Positions 50,531-59,121 of a stretch of DNA of 64,000 nucleotides are shown piece by piece. The notes below the pieces were generated by a model. The model saw only the letters and a program-made list of their open reading frames with translations, made no database searches and had not been told where the DNA came from. Numbering within the stretch: position 1 is the first letter of the stretch; each line of letters begins with the position of its first letter. Both the position numbers and the translations under genes were made by a program. The DNA is from Vicugna vicugna (Eukaryota), in assembly GCA_013265495.1 (NCBI GenBank), contig MU058636.1, positions 1,426,001-1,490,000 of the forward strand, read 5' to 3'.

Positions 50531-53500
50531 GCTTTCAGCTTTGGCGCCTTGGAGGGCAGAAGCGAACCAGCCCTGCCTTAGGTTAGGGCTGGGCCGAGGA
50601 GGTAGCCAAGAAGTTCTAGGGCCGAGATATCCTCGCCGTGGGCTCAGGACAACCCTCTCCCCTTCCTTGATCTTTACTGGTGGCCAGTCACCACACCTCC
50701 TCATAATCTGTAAATATGTGCACGGTTGGAATACCCCACTCCCCATCCCCAACCTGTTTTAAAAGGCCCCGCCTCCTGGGACCAGAAAGGAAGACAGCTT
50801 CTAAGCACTGCGCTTGCAAGCAGCACGTGTTCTTTCGTAGATCAGTACGATTCCAGGCCGGAAAGAGCAGCGACCCCAACAGGCATGGCTTCTGCGGTCA
50901 CAGACCTTATGCTTTAAGCAGGACAGACAAAGGAATAAGTAGGACTGAGACACAGGGAAGAGAGGGCTGCTGGAGGGTGGTCAGGAAAGGCCTCTTTCTT
51001 GGCCTGAAAGAGAAAGAAAGGTTCTAGCCATGCAGACATTGAGGGGAAAACAGAACTACCAAGGAGCCGTGGTCCTGGGGGTGGATGTGGGCCAGCGTGA
51101 CCAGGTTGGGGTTCCATTCCAGAGGAGGCTTGAGGAGCAGGCCTGCAGGGTCCTTTGTCAGCCAGGGTACAGATGGGTTTAGAGCTTGGATTTTATTTTG
51201 AGGGCAGTAGGAAGCATTTGAAAGGTGACAAATGAGGAAATGGAGGCTCTTGGAGGCCTAGGAATCTGCCCAATTTCCTGGTTTTTGGAAGAGTCTGGCT
51301 TCTCCCTGCGTCCACTTAAGGCCCTTAACCAGGGACCTGCAGCCCCTGCCTTTGCTCCTGGCACCCATGTGACTCACAAGCCACACCTTCATGTGTCCTC
51401 ATGCTCCCGGGTCTCCCACCCTCTGCAGCACTTGAAGGCTGACCATTCCGTCCTTGGGACCTTCTCCAACTCGTTTCCTCTTCTTCACTGACCCTTTCCA
51501 CTGGCTCCTCTTCTACTCTCGATTTTATATACCCCACCTGGCTCTCTCTTGGCATCTTACCTTGTGACTGGCTTCACTCTTGACATGTGTTACTCTCTGC
51601 CTCCCTGTCCCCCCCCCCCAATTCTGGGCTCTCTTACCAATGTGTCCAAATTAGAGCTTACCTTTCTTTTTACACTCATGTGCTGTGTTTAGGATATTGG
51701 TACTACCAGCTTCTTTCATTCAAGCTGGACAACTTGGAGTCACAAATCTCACAGATTAATTTGACAGATATTCCTACTCCCCGTGGGCTGCGCAGAGTTC
51801 TGTGGGTCTGCCCCAGTAATCCCGCTCTTCTCTTCCTGTCTCTTGCTCTGCCACTGGTACTGTCCGGTGAGGCCTCGGTGCCTCCTTCCTGGACTGTCAT
51901 AGGACATGTTTTCCATAGTTAAACATGCAGAACTGGTTCTTTGGGGGATGTGTTTTGGCTTTCCCTCTAGGTTCAGAATGGAGCCCCGTCCTCCCAACTG
52001 TTGGGTCCCCAGTGGTGGTTGCACTTGGGGTTGTGAGCTGTTTGCTGTGTCCTGGCACCTGGGAGCTGCTTTGGGTGTGATGCACTCTTCGGTGGCTGTG
52101 CCCTGCATTTGCTGAGCAGAGACAGCTGGGCTTGTCCAGGATGAGGCAGAGCCTGCACATTCCTCTGCTTGGGGATGAGAAGATGCAGAGGGCGGGATCT
52201 GTGCGCACAGCCAAGCTGACGGCAGACGGCAGACCTTTAAGAGGGCTTAAGGGGGCCGCTGCTGAAGCCCAGTGTCACGTTAGAACCAGGTTCATGATGC
52301 TGTACTGTCCCATGAAGGCTGCCCGCCTGTTTCTTGTGCTGTTCATAGAGCAGAATCTGCTGTAGCAACTTGGTGAGAGGTCGTGGCATTTCTGTAGTGT
52401 AACCCCAGGTGGGAAAACCTTGTGCCGGTCACTGAACTGAGCGGAAACCGCCTCTGCAGACCGAGGCCGCGGCCTTGCCGACCAGACAGTTTAGGGCTTT
52501 ACATCACCCCAGAGTTGCTGCCTCAGACAGGACTGACGTGCTTTCCCTTCCGTCCTGCTAGAGGCCATTTGTTTGCAGCCATGAAGGATGTGGCAAAGCC
52601 TTTGTCCGGGACTACCACCTGAGCCGCCACGCCCTGGTTCACACCGGAGAGAAGCCCTTTGTGTAAGTGGAGAACCGTGCAGGGGTCAGGCTTGGCAAGT
52701 AGACCTGGTGAGAGAATTGGACCAGGACTCTCAGGATGGGGAATGTGGCACTGTTTTTGTGGGCATCTCCGGACGTGAGCGGAGTCAAGGTTTGGAACAG
52801 GTGGGAGAGAGTAGGGGTCTTGGGGATCATTGGGGTGATAAGTCCAGGGATGAGTTCATCTGAAGTTCTCAAGTTTTCATCCTCTAGTTTCCCTTTAAAG
52901 TACGTACGGGGGTGGGGGTGTAGCTCAATGGCAGAGTGTGTGCTTAGCATGCTTGAGGTCTGGGGTTCAATCCCCAGTACCTCCATTTAAAAAAAAAAAA
53001 AGGAAAGAAGAAAAATACATACCAAATGTGAAATCAGCCTCAAAAAACACACAGTTCTGACTAGATGGAAAACGGTTCCTTGTCAGTTTCTGGGCTCTGT
53101 ATTGTCAGGGTCTTTCTGAACTGATCAGCTGCTGGGATAAGAGAAAGTGGAGCTTTCATAGTTGATCTTGTATCTCTTTCCATCAAGCCCCTGCTCCTCT
53201 CCCACACCAGCATTAATTTTATTCTTCTCGGAGTTGCTGATATGGTGGACATACTGAAAGGGTGGACATACTGCTTTTCTTTTAAATCACCTACTGCTTT
53301 AAAGCAGTGGATCTCAAATGTGTGTGCATCAGAATCACCTGGAGGGCATGTGACTTATGGTTCTGCTCTAAATATCTCTTCATCTCTAATGATAAGCTGA
53401 AGCCAGGTTTGTTTCTTTTTTTTTTTTTTTTTGAGGTCTTTTTGGTAATGCAGTTTGTAGTGACATTTCAAGCAAAATTAAAGTTACCAGACTCTGAACT

Positions 53501-56500
53501 GAGAACAACTTGAGCATGATTTACATCTAAGCGGGGTTTGGGCTTTTGGAACTAGTGTTTTTCTCCTTTCCCTCTGCCCAGTGTACAATGTGTGGTGCAC
53601 GATGCTTCATTCGATGCTTCATTCCAGAAGCCCAACCAGGAACTGCATCTCCTTATGTGTTCATCACGTCAAAGTGGGGGGGCCTCCGTGGTTCAGCTTA
53701 ACACTTCGGAATTTGCTGGAGACTCTTTTATACTGTACTTTGGAATATTTAACTTTCATAAAGTAGGAGGATACGTGCATCTAAGAATTTCTCTTCCTTT
53801 GGTTAATATTTTGAATTTTTAAAAATTTTTATTTTAAAACTTTTTTGGGGGATCTAAGTACTGATTTATTTATTTACACAGAAGCACTGGAGGTGGAGCC
53901 TAGGGCCTCGTGCGTGCTGAGTGGCGCTCTGCGGCTGAGCTGTATCACCTCATGGTTTGTTAATGTTTTGGTTTATACAATTTCTTAACAGTTGTGCAGT
54001 GAGCGGCTGTGATCAAAAGTTCAACACAAAATCAAACCTGAAGAAACATTTTGAACGTAAACATGAAAACCAGCAAAAACAATATGTGGTAAGTATGAAT
54101 GGTTTTGTATGCTTACCTTCTTTGAGTATTTTTACGCTTGTTGCCTGTGTTTCTAAAATTTTTATAGACCAGATTTTGTCTGTCAGGTGTCTGAATTTAG
54201 TCTGCCAGTGGCTATAATGGTTTACTTTGAGAACAAACCTTTTTTGCTAATTAAAGTATACTATCGGTAGACTACCCCAAATGAAACATTTTTACTCTTT
54301 CAAAAGTGTTACTCTGTAAAGCTTCTTGACGTAGAATTTTACAGTAACTAAATGCTTAAAAGTAGCAAGTGTATATGTAAATCTCTGTAATATTTTAAAG
54401 GACTCTGTTACGTCCCGTTCTTTGATTTTTTTTTTTTCGAGACTAACAAACCTTTACTAAACAGTGCAGGTTTGAAGGCTGTGAGAAGGCCTTCAAGAAA
54501 CACCAGCAGCTGAAAAGCCACCAGTGCCAGCACACCCGCGAGCCGCTGTTCAGGCAGGTGCTTTGTGGGGAGCCTCGTGAATTTGAGGTGGGGCCGAGAT
54601 TAAAGTGCAGAGGTGGAGCACGAACGTGCAGAAGTGGTTTTTGCTGACGTGTTATACATGGGGGCGTTCCAGAGGTTTTAATTTTGCCTTTGTTTCTCTA
54701 AAAGAAGTATTTAATGTGTTTCAGAATAATTTGTGAGACTAGTACAAGTGGTTAAGCTGGAAGGGAAGGCTTAGGGCTTAATTGTTCAGTTAGAGCCTCT
54801 TCAGTGATAAGCAGTGTCGTCATGAAGACACCAAGTATTCCTTCCCTGTAGGACAAGGTAACAGGGCGTAGCCTGCATCGGGGGGGGGGGCTTCAGGAAG
54901 AGCAGGGAACAGTGACTGGCCACGTTGGAATAGACTTGCAGAGGATGGCAGGGAGTCCTGGCCACGTTACAGAGGCCTGGCTGGTGGCTGTGTGCATGGC
55001 GGTGGTGGCCCTGCCTACCTGCCGGCTCCCCCTGCCCTTTGTCAGAGACTTGCAGCCTGCCCCTGCCCCTGCCCGCAGGTCTGCCACCGCTTCTTATGCC
55101 TCTGGTGGCTGGAGCACGGAGGTGGCATGTGCTTTTCACGGCTCAGCAGGGGCGGGTGCCTCCGCTGCTGTGCTTTCTTTTCACACTGTCCCAGGGCAGC
55201 CTCGTTAGGAAAACTAGACACGAACACTCCAGAATGACTAAGGTGTTCACCTAAGCTGTCTCTTTGTAGCTATGAAAATGGAGTGCATTTTCTGAAGTCT
55301 AAAGACAGAAACTGTATAATTTGATCACATGGGCAAAAAAAAAAAAAAGTAACGACTTCTCTGTTCTGCCCCAGGCAGGGCAGATGGCTTGACTTTCGCC
55401 TGCTCCTGGGTCTGAGTTTGCGACCCTGTTTTTATGACTGGTTTGGCTACGGGGACAGGGGCTGTGGTGGGGTGAGGACAAAGCGCTGTTTACTCTCAGT
55501 GGAGCGGCTGCTAATTCGTGTGTTGTTAACCCAGGTGCACCCACGAGGGATGCGGAAAACACTTTTCTTCCCCCAGCAGTCTGAAGCGGCACGGGAAGGT
55601 CCACGAGGGTAGGTACTGGCGGGCTCCCGCGCTGGCTCTGTCTGACACAGCGCCGGAGAGGGCTTGTTAAGTCCCCAACCGCTCAGGTCCGCTGTCAGGC
55701 ATGTAAGATTCCTTACAGTCTAATTTTGGGGGGATAATTTGCTTATGTTTCATGATGATTATTTTCCTTACAATCTAACTGTGACTGGTGTTGATACTGA
55801 ATATTCACAAAAGGCAATGCATCGATCTGTTTTTTTTTTTTTTGAAATAGGCTACGTATGTCAAAAAGAATGTTCTTTTGTGGCAAAAACGTGGACAGAA
55901 CTTTTGAAACACATGAGAGAAACTCATAAAGGTGAGGCAGACATGAGTGGCGTGACATAAACATTTGCCCCTGCAGTGCTGAGTGTGTGCTTTGAAAGAG
56001 TGAAATATGAAACATGTGCTTTAAGACAATAGAGTTTCTATATTATGTTTTGTTAAGTGCTGGTACCTCAGCTGTTTGACAGATGAGCAGAGAGACCTGT
56101 GGCTCCAGGTTCTGGAAGGGCCATGCCAGGTGTCAGAGGCCCTGGGCACCTCTGGCATTTTTAAAGGCTCCGGCAGGTGGAGAGTGCCCGGAGGCATTGG
56201 CTGGCATTCTGTGGGACAGTTTGGGAAGCACTGCCCTCTGTGTTGGACGACAGGGGAGGAGATGGTCTGTTCAATTCTCTCCCCTTGCCCACAGCCCCCG
56301 CGAAGAATCCCTGCCCCTTGGCAGAGGAACAGTGACTGTAATCTGAGAACTGGGGAGAATTGAGACAAGCTTTCAAGCAGTGAAAACCGGAGTTAGTTTC
56401 CTCTGAAATTCCTGATTTACGTGCGATCATGAGGTTTTTGGCATGGAATGCATTACTGAATATATTTGGTATTAATTTCTCCTGTTTGGCAACACCTGGG

Positions 56501-58900
56501 AAATGGGCTGAACTTGTCTGTCTGCTCCACCAGAGGAAATAACATGTGACGTATGCCAGAAGACATTTAAACGCAGAGATTACCTGAAGCAGCACATGAA
56601 AACTCACGCCCCAGAGAGGGACGTCTATCGTTGTCCGCGAGAAGGCTGTGGCCGCACCTACACCACCGTGTTCAACCTCCAGAGCCACATCCTCTCGTTC
56701 CACGAGGAGCGGCGCCCATTTGTGTGCGGAAACGCCGGCTGCGGCAAGACCTTCGCCATGAAAGTATGTGCTCCCCTCCAGAGGCATCCTCAAAGTCCGT
56801 GTGTTCCCTTCCAGGGTCCTGGGAGCCCTGAACGTCAGGCAGTGTCCCAGGCGGCAGGCGGAGGGTGGGAGGCAGGGCTCTAACCTTTCTGTCTTGCTCC
56901 AGCAGGAATGCCTCGTAACTAAACTCTGCCAGACAACCAGAGGTGCCAGGGCCAGTGGTTCTGACTGTGGCCCCGAGGCGGGAGCGTCGGCAGTGTCAGG
57001 GAACTTGCCAAGATGCATGTCCACAGGCCCCACCTCAGACCCCCGAATCAGTGGCTCTGGGGATCAGCCCAGTAATTTGGGTTTTAACGAACCTTCCAGG
57101 TGGTTCTTATGTGGCTCAGTTTGAGACCCAGTGGCCTGTGGTACCCTGTGCTGTGTGTCAGAGCTTGCTGATGGCTTGGGTGTCCTCTGGACTGCCATCT
57201 AGGGATGGAGAAGGGAAGCAGGAAGCAAGAATGTGAGGGACCACAGACCTTTGGGACATTAGTCTCAATTTTGGTGTGACTTGAATAGGTGAGGACTTGG
57301 CACTAGGTGGAGGGGCCTGTGTAGTCCTGTGGACTCGCACCTGGTTGGTGCTCTTACAGGCACCTGCTGTGAGTTATAGTCAAGACTGAAGGCAGGAGTG
57401 AGGCTAGCACAGAACAGTCTAGACCATGAGGAAGCCACTTGGAGCAGATGGTGGTCAGCGTTAGGACCAAGGACAGCAGGACTCGGGTCAGATTTTCCAC
57501 TGGCGTTTGGGAGTGCTGCTGACACAGATCCAGTTAAGGAATTCACTCAGAGCTGGTCGTGTCCCCCCCCCGCCCCGCCCCCTCTTACTTGGGGAAGAAC
57601 TAGGAAGCCCCAGGTGGTGGAGACTACGAATTCCTGACCTCGGTCCTTGGGAAAGGCGGTGATTTAAGTCCAGGATTTAAGGAGTAATTCTGCTCCAGTG
57701 GGGGGATCCTTTTAGGCAGAGGTCAAACCTTTAACAGAACATGAAAAAGAAGGCTGATAGTTTATTTAAACAACTCATGGGGTTTTCAAAGTAACAGACA
57801 CCAAATGGCAGGGTTTAAATTTTTCTTCTTTTTCCGTCCTTGTAGCAGAGTCTCACCAGGCATGCTGTTGTGCACGACCCTGACAAGAAGAAAATGAAGC
57901 TCAAAGTAAGTGGAGACAACTTAGCAAGCCTTTAGTTTTTACACATAAAAATGCCTAAGCCAGATGCAAGCTGTGTAGAGTGTTTTCAGCTCCTCCTTCC
58001 TCTGTGAGTCTGCACTGCTGCTGAGCGCAGTCGTGTGAACTTCCATGTTCTTCTCTTACGACTGGTTTTGTTGTGCGGGCTGCAGTAGTTGTACACGTGA
58101 TAGGTAAACAATTCCAGTAGTTTGGTTTTGTTTTCAACTTCCAGTCGTCCCTTGGCGTCCATGGGGAATGGGTTTCAGGACCCCCTAGGGTACCAGAATC
58201 CGCTGGTGCTGGAGTCCTGTGTATAAGGTGCTGTAGTGCAGTGGACCCCTGAACAGCATGGGACTGCGTGGGGCCACTTGTGTGTGGATTCTTTTCAATA
58301 AATACGTGGTACAGCACTACGTGGTCTGCAGTGGAATCTGGATGTGGAACTGTGGGTACACAGCGTTGGCTGTAAAGGTATACATGGATTTTTGACTACA
58401 TGGGTGTCAGTGCGCCTGACTCCCCCCCAGTTGTTCAAGGGTTAACTGTATTTGTATATAACCTGCACACATAATACCTAATACAGTGGAAATGCTATGT
58501 AAATAGTTGTTGGCACACGGCCAAATTCAAATCTTGCTTTTTGGCACTTTCTGGAATTTTTTTTTTTTTTTAGTATTTTTCATCAGCGGTTGGTTGACAT
58601 GTGGATGTGGAACCCACAGACATGGTGGGCTGACTGTATCTGTTTTCCTTATTTCCAAAGGTGAAACCAGCTCGTGAAAAACGGAGTCTGGCCTCTCGGC
58701 TCAGTGGGTACATCCCTCCTAAAAGGAAACAGGACCCAGGCGTGTCTTTGCCTAGAAACGGAGAGTCACTGAACAGCACTGAAGGTGGGGTGCCCTCCGC
58801 TGTTGCGATGCTGAGCCCAGAGACACACCAGCCTGCTTTGTTTGAAGGACCACAGACCACCCAGTGCAGTTATTTTCCATCAGAAGCGTGTTTTTATTAA
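50203..58900 (+). CDS. GTF3A: General transcription factor IIIA (TFIIIA), nine C2H2 fingers; join(50203-50397,52562-52662,53992-54088,54465-54553,55535-55608,55851-55931,56534-56763,57846-57905,58661-58900), 1167 nt, 388 aa, CTG start
   Basis: The exons splice into one open frame with TFIIIA-specific peptides ([75 protein letters not shown]). All acceptors are AG. All donors are GT except intron 4 (GC). Tail-to-tail synteny with MTIF3 matches mammals. Confidence 0.97.
52562..52662 (+). CDS. GTF3A: GTF3A exon 2 (finger 2)
   Basis: ctgctag|[42 protein letters not shown]; donor GT|GTAAGT; 101 nt. Confidence 0.96.
52908..53001 (+). mobile_element. tRNA-derived SINE (Vic-1-like) in GTF3A intron 2
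   Basis: TGTAGCTCAATGGCAGAG...GGTTCAATCCCCAGTACCTCCA, poly(A). Confidence 0.9.
53815..53952 (-). mobile_element. Diverged tRNA-derived SINE just upstream of GTF3A exon 3
   Basis: (TTTA)n, then GCACTGGAGGTGGAGCCTAGGGCCTCGTGCGTGCTGAG...CTGAGCTGTA; flanking TTTG(G)TTAAT(A/G)TTTTG. Confidence 0.7.
53992..54088 (+). CDS. GTF3A: GTF3A exon 3 (finger 3)
   Basis: ttaacag|[36 protein letters not shown]; donor GTG|GTAAGT; 97 nt. Confidence 0.96.
54465..54553 (+). CDS. GTF3A: GTF3A exon 4 (finger 4), GC donor
   Basis: aaacag|[32 protein letters not shown]; only AG|GCAGGT keeps the frame with exon 5; 89 nt. Confidence 0.9.
55535..55608 (+). CDS. GTF3A: GTF3A exon 5 (finger 5)
   Basis: cccag|[28 protein letters not shown]; donor G|GTAGGT; 74 nt. 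Confidence 0.95.
55851..55931 (+). CDS. GTF3A: GTF3A exon 6 (finger 6)
   Basis: T-tract-gaaatag|[31 protein letters not shown]; donor G|GTGAGG; 81 nt. Confidence 0.96.
56534..56763 (+). CDS. GTF3A: GTF3A exon 7 (fingers 7, 8 and first half of 9)
   Basis: caccag|[28 protein letters not shown]...[24 protein letters not shown]...[13 protein letters not shown]; donor AAA|GTATGT; 230 nt. Confidence 0.97.
57846..57905 (+). CDS. GTF3A: GTF3A exon 8 (end of finger 9 and basic stretch)
   Basis: ttgtag|[26 protein letters not shown]; donor AAA|GTAAGT; 60 nt. Confidence 0.95.
58142..58636. mobile_element. TcMar-Tigger element (MER2-like) with a nested second Tigger-type MITE (58239-58448)
   Basis: Outer ends CAGTCGTCCC...GGGCTGACTG|TA; inner ends CAGTGGACCCCTGAACA...TGTTCAAGGGTTAACTG|TA. 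Confidence 0.8.
58661..58900 (+). CDS. GTF3A: GTF3A exon 9 (C-terminal tail including the [14 protein letters not shown] activation region)
   Basis: tccaaag|[29 protein letters not shown]...EACFY; TAA at 58898-58900. Confidence 0.93.
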   Translation: MKPAREKRSLASRLSGYIPPKRKQDPGVSLPRNGESLNSTEGGVPSAVAMLSPETHQPALFEGPQTTQCSYFPSEACFY

Positions 58901-58901
58901 A
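58893..58901. terminator. Overlapping bidirectional poly(A) signals: ATTAAA (+, 58896-58901, GTF3A) and AATAAA (-, 58893-58898, MTIF3)
   Basis: Sequence TTTATTAAA lies at the GTF3A stop and 4 nt past the MTIF3 stop; usage is inferred. Confidence 0.75.
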
Positions 58902-58902
58902 A

Positions 58903-59121
58903 TCACTGGTGTGGACCACCGGATTCTCCATCGTTTCCAGTTTCTCTGTTCAGAGGGTCTCCTCTTGGGGCCCCCTGAGCTGCTGCAGACACTGTCTCTT
59001 CCTTTCTGCTCAAGGGACGGAGAACACACATCACAGCCTTTCCCCCTCTGATAGGCTGTGGCTTGGATGAGAAGGTAGCTCTTCCAGGCATGGTCTGGAG
59101 TATCTGATTAAATATCTCCTC
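58903..59121 (-). CDS. MTIF3: MTIF3 last coding exon (219 nt including TGA)
   Basis: Minus strand ttttgtag|[47 protein letters not shown]...PHQ*. Confidence 0.95.
   Translation of the reverse strand, partial: EEIFNQILQTMPGRATFSSKPQPIRGGKAVMCVLRPLSRKEETVSAAAQGAPRGDPLNRETGNDGESGGPHQ

Noticed and set aside
49841..50752. Several long overlapping ORFs around the GTF3A promoter
   Set aside because: Stop-poor CpG-island sequence explains them. Only 50203-50397 matches TFIIIA, and the ATG at 49856-region ORFs are in other frames.
38730..53952. tRNA-Ala-like sequences with A and B boxes
   Set aside because: They have A-rich tails, TSDs and divergent stems, so they are SINEs and not tRNA genes.
54558..54563. 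GT donor as the main GTF3A exon 4 boundary
   Set aside because: It adds 4 nt and frameshifts fingers 5-9; kept only as a possible minor unproductive site.
56161..57033. 290-aa minus-strand ORF
   Set aside because: It is an antisense shadow of GC3-rich GTF3A exon 7 plus intron, with no recognisable domain.
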